From NCBI GenBank assembly GCA_051362555.1, contig CM120649.1, forward strand, positions 4,154,001 through 4,218,000: a DNA stretch of 64,000 nucleotides, in the 5' to 3' direction. This DNA is from Lingula anatina. Taxonomy: Eukaryota > Animalia > Brachiopoda. Shown here in pieces: positions 1 to 13,900 of this stretch. Positions within the stretch are counted from its first letter, which is position 1; every line of letters starts with the position of its first letter. Made by a program: the position numbers and the translations under genes. Under the pieces are notes generated by a model. It did no database searches. It saw only the letters and a program-made list of their open reading frames with translations, and was not told where the DNA came from.

Positions 1-638
1 ATTGCGACTAGTCTCAGATTATTCGGAGGACGCCTCCGATTAATCGGAGGGCATCGTAGGTCATCGGAGATTGTGTCTGGGATGCCCAAAATGGGTGAAA
101 AATCTTGCGAGCAATCTTAAAATTTTAAGTTCAAAGTTGGGGACCGCGACGGGTGTGGCGATGTCTAAAAAATCTGCGACAACCCGCAGGCATCCGGAGA
201 GCGCCTCCGACGGGTGCAAAATCGTGAGATCTGTCTCAAGATTTTGTTCAAATTTCCCGGGTTTTACCCATCCCCGACGCATCGCAACTGATTTGTGACT
301 GGGCTTTTAGGCTTATTTTCGTCTACAAACCAGTTTGTTAAAATTTATGCCTATAACTTTTATGTAAGGGGATTGCGCGCGCGTCTCTTACTGCTAAGAT
401 TGGCTGGACTCGGTATTACTGTTAGACGGCTAGTTGCCTGTAGGGCTCTGAATAGTTTGCCGAACGGATTGATGTTGGCGGCGCTTTAACGTTTTGACAA
501 CGGCCCATAGGGTTGAATGACTTCTTGACACTTTCTGCCGGCCAGCCGGGTCGGGTTAATGTTCCTGACGTCACGCGCATCCCCCTCGTATGCTGAAGAG
601 AGCTCCTAGTGGTGTCCATGTGAAGATCATGTGCGTTT

Positions 639-2646
639 TTATACTTCGTTTTCTTCCCTGTTGGGGTTTCTGCCATCATTTCCGTCTACTCTGTCGCTTT
701 CAGTCACTGAGAACTGTTTTTCATTTCCGTCATCGACTGTTGCTATACTTGAACGCGACTCTTTACTTAAAACGCTTAACCTATTTGCGGCGTTCTGATG
801 GCTGCGCAGACTCGACACTGACCCCTGATGACGTAGAGCAGGGCGGCAGCAACAAATAATGCTGAACAGGATTTGTCGAAAACGTGCACCAATGAAAGCA
901 TAAACGAAAAAATTGGCAGCCGAATTAATCACGATCAGAACAATATTGATGCCGAAGTAGTACTGATAGTTGACTAAAATCTGTGGATCGATGAAAGCTC
1001 GGAACGCCAGGAAGAACTGAGACAAAAATGTCGGAGTCGCACACCCAAGATAAATCATGATGACCACAATAAACGACCGCGTAAGACTCCGAGACTCCGT
1101 GGCCTCTTTTTCTCTTTTCGTCATAGTTTTCCGTCTGGCATCTGCCCTTTTAAGAGCAAGGATCAGATTATAGTTCACATAAACAAGGATTGTAATAGGC
1201 ACGACGTATAAGCACAGAAGGTGCAGAACTATTCGATACCCTATTCCATAGACCAAGTTATCGATGAATATGTTGTAGAAACAGTAAGCGGTTGGGTTGT
1301 TAACACAGGGAAAAAATCCGATCCGAATCGCACCAAGGTAATTTGGCAAAATAAACAGAATTGCCATGATGACAACAATGACGATGGTTATCCGGGCCCT
1401 CTTGAGAGTGCAGAATTCACTAGCCTTGAATGGCCGACAGACGGCGTGATAGCGGTCCACTGCCACAGCCAAGATAAGCCAATTTGATACCGTCATGAAA
1501 ACGTATCCTGTTGGCCAGGTATATCGCATCATCTTGGGAATGAAATCCATGTACCATTTAAGATATCCTGAAATGAATAAAATGTATTTTTCATGGCGAC
1601 AACTTAATTATAGTTCACAGCAAGTTGATAAACATGTGCAGAGACACGAAATAGGCTATAATATAGCGGTTCCTTGGATTTGGTGAGCCTTTCGGTGCAC
1701 ACTAAAATTGGGGCATAGGTAGGCTCAGCACCTGTGCTATGTTTTATGAGAACTTTTGGGACAAAAAGGCCAATATATGAAGTCACGTCGTGCACGCACA
1801 ATATGAACTGTTACCAGAGACCAAATGCCAGAATTATCAATCTACTCATGGACATAATAAGAGGCCTTCTCTTATTATGTCCATGATCTACTCAACCGTC
1901 TTGAACAGTTCAATATTCATCTGCTATTTCTTATTCAAAATAGGAAAATTAAAATGAAATAAAATAATATAAAGAACCCTAACCCCTTTGCATTTAGCCA
2001 AATCATGGGTCTACCAGCGTTTAGATAAATATCGTTCACTTCTTCATCCGAGTAATTATTGACACTATTCATAAATGTTAGAATGTTTGAAATGCAACTT
2101 CAGAGATTATATTATCTTAAGATCCAATAATCCGAACCATTCAGGGGCCGTACCTGTGTAGGGGTAAATGCTGGGCACCACGTAATGAATGAACAACAGC
2201 ATCAAGAGGAGGCAGTCGGCAACGGCTAGCGCTCGGAGCAGCTCGAACGTCGAGGAGCGCTCCTTGTTCACTGAGAAGACTATAATCGAAAGCACGTTTC
2301 CTGCGATCCCAGCGAGACATATGGAACCTACGATGAACACGTTCACGATGAGATGATACAGAGGGAGGGAACTGCGAGGATATGTGGGCTGTGACGTCAC
2401 ATTGATTGATGATGACGTCACGTTGGTTGGTAGTGACGTCACATTGCTGGTGACAGTGGTCAAAGATCCGTTGAGTTCTGGATATGCGGTCGTTGCTTCA
2501 GTGCTGTTTGCAATGGCGCTCAAAGTCCATAGGGTAATGTTCCAAAGTGCAGAAGATGAAAGAGATTGCTGTTGTACTTGAGTACTGATGGTAGAGGATA
2601 AGGCTGAAGTAAAATTGCCCAGTTCACTATTTCCCGTGGCGCTCAT
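639..2646 (-). CDS. Rhodopsin-family peptide GPCR, FMRFamide/sex-peptide-receptor-like; 2 coding exons (2646-2154, 1567-639), 473 aa
   Basis: ORFs 2107-2646 and 639-1550 join in frame across a phase-1 GT-AG intron (TACACAG|GTACGG ... TTTCAG|GATATCTT), giving ...YPYTGYLKWYMDF.... Motifs: TM1 GIAGN, TM2 LAVAD, DRY (AVDRYHAVCRPF), TM6 CATP, TM7 NSAANFFVY, helix 8 FR followed by CCC. The long N-terminus is Ser/Thr-rich with many NxS/T sites. Confidence 0.93.
1847..1885. mobile_element. 39-bp mini-element or excision footprint with 17-bp TIRs, P-element-like
   Basis: CATGGACATAATAAGAG-gcctt-CTCTTATTATGTCCATG flanked by the direct repeat ATCTACT (1840-1846, 1886-1892). Confidence 0.7.
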
Positions 2647-3090
2647 TGTTGCTCGGTGATACTATGTAGTATTACGTCAGGCGAGTCAATCGTGGCAAAA
2701 CGGCAAAACAGAAAAAACTACTTTGAACTGAGTACATGTAGGTCTACGTCTTCTGATATCTGAAACACATATATGAAGATGAAAATAGGACATGCGCTCG
2801 AGAGTGTTACAGGAAGTGTTGCCTTGTTTTCTTTTAAAAACGCACTGATATAGATTACTTTATTTGTTTATTTGTTCAAATCTGATTAAATCGAATTCGA
2901 CACTAAAATCATGTGCGTGTCACCAAGCCTGTACTAAATAATGCACTGCCCACCTTAGATAATAAATAATGCTCTGTCCACTTGTTCTAAATAATGCTCT
3001 GTCCACTTGTATTAAATAATGCTTTGTCCACCAGTGCTAAATAATGCATGGTAAGTAGAGACATGACATTGCTGATTAAAGTTTTATAGG

Positions 3091-3162
<72 letters not shown>

Positions 3163-3990
3163 TTGATGGTTCTGAACAAATACCAAGCAATCGTAATTTC
3201 ACTCAGACTTAGTGTTTTAGGCTTCACAGCATCGCATACTGACCGCTGCGTACCTCCTAAATACTTAGGTAAAAAGCGCCACGCGCGTAGAGTGACACTG
3301 CCTAAAAAAATATTATTTTTGGGGTTTATTTTCCGGTAGGGGTCGTCTTTATCAAAATGTACCATTAATAACAGTATTTCTGATTTTTCATTGGTTTCAA
3401 AATAGATGAAAATAAATAAGTAAGTATAAAAGAATTAACCGAAATAATACACTGAATAATAAACTTAATTGTTTTAAAAAGTAACATAAATATAACAAAA
3501 AAATTGCTCTAAAAAGACTTTAGTGCAAGTAGGTATTGACAAAGAGTGGAATCGCAGATTATTACGACTCTAAATGTGTGACTTCTTTTTTTTTAAATTA
3601 TAAACGTCAATTTAAACCCGCTGCATGCGACATCACAACGTCATAACAACTTATTTGTTGTAAAACGTTTGGCATAAATTCTTAATGGTCACAATCATAT
3701 ATATATATGTGTGATGCATAAATAACTTACCTTAAAAATCAGAATAGACCCCTCACCCTCGTTAGCCCTTTTTTGAACGACCAGTTTCGATAATATTGTC
3801 CTCCACGGCCGAATTTGATCAGTGTCCAGTGTCGTGGCTTTCTTTCAACGTCCAATCACTTAAATTTCTACTCTCCAGTGTCTAATATCTTTCATTTCAC
3901 CAAGCACTTACAGTACACGCTGTTTAGCGCTCCGATGTATTCAGCGGAAAATGGAAAATAGAGATAATTGCTGAAACAATCTCCTTTATA
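2647..3990 (-). promoter_or_regulatory. Putative GPCR 5'UTR structure and TATA box
   Basis: Minus-strand acceptor TGTTTCAG with exon start at 2759; donor AAG|GTAAGT with exon end at 3731; TATAAA at 3990-3985, implying a TSS near 3960. Confidence 0.5.
3095..3156. repeat. (AT)n microsatellite
   Basis: About 30 perfect AT units. Confidence 0.95.
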
Positions 3991-4049
3991 AACGTAGTGG
4001 CACTCTCGCTCGTCAGGTGGCGCTGCGTACTATTGAACCACCAATATTA

Positions 4050-4306
4050 GGCTTCGTTCACATGCAATGTCTATTTTCTAATTTCTATTTTCTATTTGCG
4101 CTATCTTATGATCACAGTCTGTGCCCTGAATATCCCGCCGCATAATTACTGGCAGCGCGAGCCAGTTACTTATAGTAACTTATAGTAACTGGCTCGCGCT
4201 GCCAGTAATTACGCCGCGGGATATTCAGGCCACAGACCGTGATCATAAGACATACCGCAAATAGAAAATAGAATTTAGAAAATAGACATTGCATGTGAAC
4301 GAAGCC
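4050..4306. mobile_element. Palindromic MITE, PIF/Harbinger type
   Basis: Nearly the whole element is an inverted repeat (GGCTTCGTTCACATGCAATGTC ... GACATTGCATGTGAACGAAGCC) with TTA on both sides. Confidence 0.85.
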
Positions 4307-4685
4307 TTATTCTAGCATACTGGTACATGTACAGTAGAAGATCATGTTGAGAATGTAGAATCTCAAACTACAACCTTCAGTTTAAAATGGGTCGCTATGG
4401 GAGCACAGAGCTGGAGAAAGGAGAGTGTTTAGCTTGTCTTTCTTAAAACGTCGTTCATAAATTGAAAGTGAGGAGTTTTGATGTCGTTAAGAATGTAATT
4501 GCACATGTACAGTTGGGCTCAGAAAGAACGATCTAGATTGTTTTCTGTTTGTCACCTCTTGTTACCATAAGTTACTATCTAGCTAACAACATGGACAAAA
4601 TTACGATATACGTTATTATGCCCAAGCTAACAGCGATAATTATAGGGTATAAGAGGTGGCACCTCTGTGGCCACAGTCTGTATAG

Positions 4686-4862
4686 GGACCATTCAGAATG
4701 AGAAGAGACGTGTGCTAGCTAGGCCACGACATAAATATGGCGGAGCTACATGAAAGGAAGACCGCATAATCCTTTTATGGTCTCACACGCCTCCCCACGC
4801 GTCGTCCCTGCAGTAATTAAAGGGACGACGTGTGGGGAGGCGTATGAGTGGCGGAGAGACCA
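4686..4862. mobile_element. Partial copy of MITE family B (full copy at 46527-46852)
   Basis: Shares CCATTCAGAATGAGAAGAG...GCTAGC...CATGAAAGGAAGACCGC with the arms of the 46527 element; internal hairpin at about 4788-4842. Confidence 0.7.
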
Positions 4863-4947
4863 GTACAGGTTTCAGGGCAAAAACCACCAAATAATTTCCC
4901 ATTGACGACCATACTAAGAAATGCCTGCAAAACTGTATGAACAAAAT

Positions 4948-5141
4948 GACTCTGTGAATCGATCAATCTCCAAGGGAATTCTCGCTAAATTGCAATCAAT
5001 GTTAGTGGCTTAGCTGTCTGTCACGCCTACTGAAACTGGCATGCCAGAATCCTAAGTCGCTTAAGCTGAAAGCAATTTAGTGAGAAACCCCTTAGTGTAG
5101 AATTGATCCTGTTAGATTGATCTAGCTATGGGAACACAGCC
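4948..5141. mobile_element. Diverged copy of MITE family A
   Basis: GATCAATCTC...CTCGCTAAAT...TGTCACGCCTAC...TTTAGTGAGA...CTATGGGAACACAGCC|TAA resembles the copy at 57796-58040. Confidence 0.6.
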
Positions 5142-6833
5142 TAATGCTTGTTACACGTTTTACTTTCATCCTAATCCACTGTTGTGCAGAATTAAATTTT
5201 GATGTTCGCTTTGCAGTTAAGCATAATACATTAGTGCATCAGAATTGACAGTATCCTATTTTCTGCATTTTTATTTTTTGCTTTTTGTATGTACATTTGA
5301 CAGCTTTGCTGCCTTGTTTTAATATAAAACAAAGCCTAGCTAGCTTTCCCCGCAGTACGGTACGATTGAGTAGCCAGCTGATTGCTATCTTTATTGGATG
5401 TGAACGGAAGTACTCTGAATGGTACTATCACAAAGACCCAGCGTGTTTTTGTGCTTGGCATTACCTCACCATTGTTTATTGCAATTACTACCCTCAATGA
5501 AACTGAGAAAGCAATTATATGACGGCACTTTTTCGTTAATAAGGAGTTATCATGCATGTAGATGCACCTCGCTGAGCTTATATAGCTGATCTATCGCGGA
5601 CGCGGAACTTTATAATGTACTGTTTCATAAACATGGGATTAATGTCCAAAACATTTATAATTTGTGTACGCTTAATTAAAGCGTGGGCTCGAAATAGGAC
5701 ATTGCGTGTTCGTCCTGCTTAGTGGATAACGCAATCTGAAGACTCCACGGTTCATGTCAGATTTACGCACGGTCGTGCAAAGAAAGCCCAAGTCCACATA
5801 ATGACCAGTTAAAAGATTTATTCCTCGACGCTCGGTATCAACATGTACTTATTTTAAGTGAAGTCTCCAACTCCTAACTCTCCGAAACTACGTCCGTCTC
5901 CGTGCTCCGTCTCTCCCAGTCTCCTCCTCCTTCTTCTTCCTCTGTCTCCTCTCCCCTCGGATGTCAATTCCTATCGCTTATATACTTATTTCTTATCTAT
6001 GTTCGATGCACGCAAACTTTAATTACTTATAATTTTGTATAATTAATTTTTTTACCTCCGCGTCATACAAAGAAGCCGCCACATTACTCGACAACTATTG
6101 GACCACAAAACGTTGCATCATATGACCTCATAAGATATCTTTATGTCGGACACGACATATTCCTTCCATTTTTCCAGAAAAACTTTTTTTGTTTCTCTTG
6201 TTGGAGACATTCACTCTAAATACTATTTACAAAGATTATTTCACACGTAAAATTACACAGAATTATATATTTTAGTGTATAGGCGCGGAGGAAAACCAGA
6301 GATAATACCCTTTTGAGTATTAGTTTCTTTTAGAATATAGGGAAAAATAATAAAAAATGACAGTAAATTGATTATTCTGTTTTATGTAAAAAGGATGTTT
6401 AAAATGGAAAGAAAATCATTTCAGTACAGTTATCTCTTGTTTACATTTTGGCATTTTGAAGGTGTGACTCTGCACTTCTATGGGCTTGAAGACTTGCCAG
6501 TCACATTTTCTGAAAATCCATGATATTTTTATTTTATGATTAAAATTGATGGTCATTATGCTGTAAAGCATCCCCCTCATCCCCCCCCACCCCCCCTCTC
6601 AGTCGCTGAAAATTTTCTTGAATGGTGATCTACCTCACTTAACATCTCCAAAACACCTTATAAGTCTCTGGTCAAGCCGACACCTCGATGTGACTCAGCT
6701 GGTCTTAAAGAACACTATTCTCTCTTCATAGCACTGCATCAATTTTTTTCTCCGCATACTGTCATTGTTAATGGATTGACACTAAGTTACATAACAAGCC
6801 GTCAGAATCACAGCCATATTATTGGGTTAATTG

Positions 6834-6918
6834 TGACGTCACAACTAAGAAAATATCGCGAGACTGCTTTTATTGTGACGCAATAACGAGAACGTCGTTA
6901 AGATAATCTATGACGTCA
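6834..6918 (+). promoter_or_regulatory. Two perfect CRE palindromes upstream of the coiled-coil gene
   Basis: TGACGTCA at 6834-6841 and 6911-6918, plus a TGACG half-site near 6877, all 120-200 bp before the ATG at 7036. Confidence 0.5.
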
Positions 6919-7035
6919 TGCATCATCCTTCGCAACAGCGACGTTAGCAGCAGCAGCAGTAACATCTCCTGAAACCATCTCTCGCCATTCCTCTTACTGC
7001 TGACCAGTATTCAGGACAACTGACCATCAACAATC

Positions 7036-7589
7036 ATGCCTGGACCAAGGCGGGCAGCCCCTAGTTCGGCCGCTGGGCAGTCATCGGCGCGCGGGAGGCA
7101 AAAATCTAGACAGGAACTTGGTGAGCCCCCTTCCCTCGACAGCACCTTCCCTCTCTCTCTCTCTCTCTCACTCAAGCAGCTTTATTGTAAAATATATGAT
7201 ATCATTGCTAATACTTTTGTTACTTTTCTTTTATAAATCACGGACATCTCATTCTTTTCTATTTTAATCTACTAGTCTATTCTATCATACATGTACGCGA
7301 AATGTAAATTTCCCTTTCAGGTTGGTTTTAAACTCTTTCCTTTTTTTAACTTTTAAAATTTATTTTTGGTGCTATTTCCCTTCCAAAATATGTAGATTTT
7401 TTATCCAGCTCCTGAGATGGAAATGGAAGTGATGTCAATGGAGGAAGATCCTGGTTTGACTTCACTCTTTACGCCCATGATAGACCTTGATACGAGGAGA
7501 CCAAGTGCCTTAGAGCTGCATTTAGCAAGGATTAGGGGGGTAATTTTTCTATTTCTATTTTATTAAACTAGTCTAATACTGAAATTCAC

Positions 7590-7648
<59 letters not shown>

Positions 7649-8119
7649 TCTTCGTCAAGTTTTGAAATATAGACTACAGTATAAAAAAATTTCAATTAAT
7701 TTGCGGTGAAAATTGTGTTGATCAGTACAACATCAAACCAGTATCAGTCCTCATGTAGAGCAGCCTTCTCTTAAATTTATGCTATTTGTACCAATCAAGT
7801 TTATCTTACGGCCACGTGCATCAAACTCAGTTTTCAGGGGGGGGGGGTCAGGGGGGTCCTGACCCAACCCACTTCGGTTTCTGAAAAAAAAAATCACATC
7901 GATATCCTGAATTTGAAATTAGAATTTTGACTAGTTTGTTTATAGTTCTTAACCGTTCGAAATAGTACCATTTGCCCTCCAAAACATTATTAAATTTAGG
8001 GCTCACTCAGCGGGCCTCAATCCCCACCACGAGGGGGGCGAGGGTCGGCTTCGTATATCCGAGGGCTTTCTTTCATTCCAAAAAATTATCCTGGATCCGC
8101 CTCTGAAACTACTTAAGAA

Positions 8120-8182
<63 letters not shown>

Positions 8183-10296
8183 GATAGAAAGGGTCCATTT
8201 GTCCTTGTTAATGAAATAAAGAAATTAAATTACAGAATTATGGATCAAAATCCATGCCGAATTTTGAGAACAAATAACTCTTATTTTTCACCTCGAAATT
8301 TCTATCTCGTAATTTCTTTTAAATTTCGACCCTCATTCATTCTCTTATTTAGTTTTTCAAGGAAGGAATGACATCTCAGAATATGTTACAAATACTCCAA
8401 AACAAATGTTTCGGAAACATTTACAAAATGAGGAAAGTGAACTTTAATATACCTGTCTGAGACAAGGTTTGTAATGAAGCAATTTTACAAATAAAAAATA
8501 TAATTTATTTATTCCCCTTTTTTAGGCAATCTCAGACTTTGAGACCATGTACACAGAAAGTTCCGGGAGTCGGGTAAGATATGCCCATGTGCGAGGTATA
8601 ACATGAGTCGCTGTTAATGAAATCAATTATACACAGTTTTTAAAAGCCAAGGATGACGTCGCTCCCCACAAATAAGAAATAGCACTGCTACTTTAAGGTG
8701 TGCTTCACCTGCTTTGCAATACATAATTTTGCTTATCCATTTCAGCCATCCGTTATCTGTATTTAGGCCTATTTATTTATTTATTTATTGTAGGACTCAT
8801 TGCTGGATGACGTATCGTCACGTGTGGATGACATGACAGGAGAGGTGCGTACAGTACGAAAAACCCTCCCCCCCCCTCCCCCCAAACTCCTCTTTCCCGT
8901 CACTCAAAATTTGCTGTAAAGGCATTCAATTTCTGTCGGGCATCTCTTTGATAATCTTTCAGAATACAAAGAACTTGGTGAGCAGGCAGGTTTCAAGTAT
9001 GATCAAGTATGTAGGCTACTTAAGGCCACACTTTTTTATTTTTATGGATGACATCCTCTGGGGACCCCAAAGTCGGTGCGAGCGGGCGAAAAAAAAAAAA
9101 TAGTCCAAAAAAAAAACTGCTTAAGAAAAGTTATGTTTTCAGTACACAGCTGGAAACACTTATTTACCACAGAAACACGTATCAAACTAACAACATGTCT
9201 TTATCCATGCTCTCAAAATATTAAAGCATTGTGAATAGGGCCTACTTCGTAGAAAGGTAAAAAGTCATGAATATATATGCTGCATATTACCAAATCTATT
9301 TAAGGTTATTTCATGCATTCTGTTGGTATAGAAACAAATAAAACAAATATCAAATAAATAGCGTGTCTTTATTTGTACTCTCAGAAAATTAAAGCATTGT
9401 AAACACTTCACAGAATTGTTAAAAAAATTAAGCAAAGATAGGCCTATGCTTCCTACTACTAAGGTAATTTCGGTCGATGCCATTTTGTCTACTTCGACTC
9501 ACACGCTAGCAGCCAACTATCGGGTGGCCTGTCCGACCTTCAGTCCACCAAATACCGCGACGCTCTTGTCGACCCTTTTTTCGCTCCAAAAAGAAACTGG
9601 TATGTGCTGCTTTGGACAGAATGTCACTGAAATTTTCCGGGCGATGATTGCTGGCCGCGGCCAGCCTTTCGTAAAATTGTAAAAGGGTGATATCTCCATG
9701 TCCAATATCAATGGCAAACCAATCCAAAACGACGGCCCCCGTTCTCTTTATGACTTTAATTGTCGTGTATTTTGAAATTAATGCTAGAGATGAAGTTGAC
9801 GGCAAAACGGCCATATTTCCATGTGGTGATAATACGCATGCGCAGAAAGCTCATTTTCCCCACTCGGAACTACTCGGATGTCTCCGCAGTCGACAATGAC
9901 AGTATGGAGCTTGCGGAATTAGCAGAGAATTGCCGATTGCATTTTCCGGCAAATTCAATAACGATGTTTGCGACAACCGACTTCCTTTGGGGGGGGGGGG
10001 CGGTTTGGGGGGGGGGGGGATTTTTTTTTTTTTTTTTTGGAGAACAGACGAAAATCGGTGCGCGCGCAGGATGTCATCCATAAAATTAAAAAAGTGTGGC
10101 CTAAATTTACTTAGAAAATTGGCACAAACGTATAGCCCAAATCTTAGCTATGTCTACTTTTCACCAAAATTATTCTTAGTAGAAATCTAAACACTGTACC
10201 TGCTATAATTCAAAACACGAAAAATGATGTCTCAGCGTAATACTCACTGTGTTCAATTGAATGATCATGAATTTTTATTCTTCACTGAAAGAGAAC

Positions 10297-10346
<50 letters not shown>

Positions 10347-10894
10347 TCGGAGGGTTTTAACCAAATTTCGGGCTAAATTTTAACTTTAAGTTCTTTCTTG
10401 ATGCGCTGGTCCCAGTTTTTCCTTCGATCCTACAAAGGCTTTAATTAATACCGAAAAATGAGATCCAAATGATTGGACAATTTACGCGCTACCGGTAGAT
10501 GCACAGGTGTGTATTGAACTCTGTGTAGCAATGAAGATAATTTCGGCTGACAATGAAGCCATTGTTTGAGCGTCACGTTAATTCGTCACGCTCTGAGCTC
10601 TTTATGAGAAATTTCTAGTGCAGTGTGCGTCCCTAAGGAGTGAGACTGCCAAGTGCAACCTTAGATATAACCTTTGCGAAACCAATTAGAGGAATTATAA
10701 TTGTTCGGTACAAATGTGCGCGCTGGTCCGTGTGTCCTTTGGGAATCACTGTTGATCGGCATTATGTAGAGCACTAATTGAGTTTACTACTAGAACTGTT
10801 AAAATTGTTGCAACTCTTACTGTCTAGTGGTTGTTCGGTGTCTCATCTTTCTTTCTCTTTCTCTCAAACAAGTACACATACACACACGCGCTCG

Positions 10895-10938
<44 letters not shown>

Positions 10939-13900
10939 AATGTTCGCAATCACTAAACGCAGTCCACAAATCTAGTAATGTTACTTTGAGTGTTTTGCGA
11001 TTTTAAAGGCAATAAAACCGTGAAAAAAGATAATTTTGAACTCACCATTTTATTCACTTCACTTTTTTTTTCAGGCCAAATATCAGATGAAAAGTTTCAT
11101 TGAAAAATATAAAAAGATGTCCGCTAAGCTGGAGGAAAGCACAGAGGAGAGAGACGAAATACTCATGTCCCTGGCTGACGTAAGTGACATAGACAGTGTA
11201 ACTGATTTTCATGTTAGGACGACAGATGGAGCCACTAAGTACACATGCTAAATACCAATGCCACAACGCGTTAACGTCCTATCGATGGGGTTAATATTAA
11301 TTGCAATTACAAATAAATAAATGAAAATAACGTTAAACTAATTCATAAGTTAATTGTTAAATCAATAAAGTAATTGTTTTTTTCAGCCAGGGATTACTAG
11401 ACTTTAATGGTATTTGTTATTTATCTTAAGTGAGAACGTAGAGATAATTATGCTGTCTCATCTCTATCTTTTTTGAAACTAAATGAAGAAATCACTCGTC
11501 TACCTTGTATTTCTACAGTGTGCCGTCAGTAACAACAGCAGACTGCCTTTAGTTACAGTTGTACTGTCTATCAGAATGACGTACGTGACTCAGGTTTATA
11601 TAATTATTATTTTAGTGCAACGGCGTGTATATGTTAATAGCTTAGTTTTGTCGTTTCAGTGGTTCAGCTTGAATCAGTTCAATGTAAGTATATTTTTGTT
11701 TTATTGCCTTTTGCTTTTTTTTACCATCATCTTGATAACGAGATATCCAAAAACAAGCAAATATAGCCTAAATTCGCCATGCCTGATGGAATTAAATCAT
11801 AAAGGTGATATACAGATATATTAGACAGAGCAGTGAAAATAAATATTTGTAATTGTATGAAAATGTTTTTAGAATAACGTCATAGTTTGTTCTTTACTTC
11901 ACAGGATCTCTCCGATGTCAAGACAAGCGACGAGTTTGAAACTCCAATAAGGTAAGTGTGGTTTCTCTAGACTCAAATTCACTGCAGCCATGGATATTTT
12001 TCTTTGCTGAAAATCAACGAAATTATGCTGAGAATAATCGATATATTTATGGTCTTAATGTCGGAGTCGATTTTCAAATATTTACATTTTGACATACATG
12101 TACATAATAAAATTTAATGGCCTGGATAAATTCATGTGCAACTTAAACGCATTATTTTAATGACCTTAGATTAACTTAGCCGTGGTCTTTTTGTTAACTG
12201 ATTATCTTTTTATTTGCTAATTAATCTTTTTATTTATTAATATCAGTATGATGGACACAAAATTTGAACTGGACAAACTTAAACGCCTCAACAATGAGAT
12301 CCTGCGATTATCCCGATCCGGGGAAGATACAAAGCAACTCCAGAAGTACGTGGCGTTTAGTTACAAACAACAAAAACAATGTATGAAAACGGTGCGGTTA
12401 ATTTGAACCTCTGATGTGATTTTAATATTAACCGTATTTAAATATCAGTGTCATTTGAAAGACTACAAGCACATAAATTAATGTAGTGTTTATACCTGTG
12501 TAATCGCCTTGCACATCATATTGAAGGCGGTTTGTTTAAACAATTTACTAATGACTAAAAACAATTCCCATTCTCTCTTAAAAGAGAGACAGACAGACAG
12601 ACAGACAGAGAGCAGCCACATAAACTTAATTACCTTTTCTAACACGAATATTATATATTTATAAACATTACTTTTTAAACTTTTTGACCTTCGATATTGT
12701 TTACTAGGGAGAAGGAGAGACTCCAGAAAGACGTGATCAAGAACGTAGTCGGCTTGAAAGAAGGTGAGCAACATGTTTGGTGGTGTGCGCGAGCCTTTTG
12801 TTTATGCTTATTATCTGCCGCTTCGAACAGCTAGGGGATAATTTAATATCGTGTGCTCATTAAGCTGATTCCACTGATTGCACTTTCATATCGAGGATCC
12901 CTGCAGAGTTGGACCGACTCAGCCAGTACAATGAGTGAATAAGAATGCGCCCCTACCGCCTAATTTTTAACGTTATTGTACGACGAGTTACAAGTGTTAT
13001 TTTTACATTAGAGCAAAGTTGTAATTTGAATAACAGAATACATATGCCTATTCTTTTTTGAAAATATTTCTTTTCGTGTAACTTCTCTTTCGCCCGATAA
13101 GTGGACTCTGGATGAAATCAGACGAAAGCATACTCTCTACCTGATAACCAGGCCCGCGGAAAATATGTGCACTCTTCTATATCGCTATCACAGAAAACAA
13201 AATGACCATATATTTATCGAAGTACATATCTCTGAATATCTAGTGAAATGTCAATCTATCGCCCTGGTGGAGGGTAGCGAAACCCCAGGTGAAATCCGTT
13301 TCACAAAATCCGTTTTAAAATGGATGCTGGTATTTTGTACAAAAATTGCCTGCATTGCCTAAAAATCTATCTATTACCAGTTGCAATGTTTCTTTTTTTT
13401 TTTTTTAGTAAGTTTTTAAAAGTGTTCTTCTCTTCAGCAAACGAACAAAATATGCGTAAAATAGTGCAACATGACGTGGCACAGGCGCTTAAGTTTGCCT
13501 CTGGTGAAATTGTCGACCTTTTGCGCTCTTATCGCGAGGAGGGGGCAACAATGGGTAAGCTTGCTTCTTTCTTTCTTTCTTTCTTAACAAAGAAGTATAT
13601 TAACAGTGGGTTGTTTGCAATTGACGGTTTTCATCTTCCCCACGAGTGAGTGCTTGTAATGTCGAAACACATGTAGCGGTTCTTAAAAAAGGTCTGGTAG
13701 GTATACATGAATTGTTGAGTTGATAATTTCACAGACAGTGCTGTCCTACCGTCAAATGCTCTATAACAGGTCAATGAGTACATCACAGCGTTAGATAATC
13801 AGCGCATGACTAGAGGAAGGCTCTTGAATAGAGCCGAAAATTGGACGGTATAGGTAAGGATTGTCTGCGACATTATTAATTCAACAATTCACACATGTAG

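Noticed and set aside
1-305. GC-rich window start with two ORFs
   Set aside because: Probably the right end of a MITE downstream of the GPCR. The partner end is outside the window and there is no coding evidence.
2107-2153. ORF-track C-terminus TAPEWFGLLDLKII of the 179-aa ORF
   Set aside because: Intron read-through after the donor at 2153; the ORF is the first coding exon of the GPCR.
9416-10190. Cluster of overlapping ORFs in GC-richer sequence
   Set aside because: Interior of the 9024-10101 non-autonomous transposon, with no transposase or other motif.
10299-10345. Long poly-T (and poly-A near 25616-25648) as possible retroposon tails
   Set aside because: No adjacent SINE/LINE body or TSD found; such homopolymers are common throughout the window.
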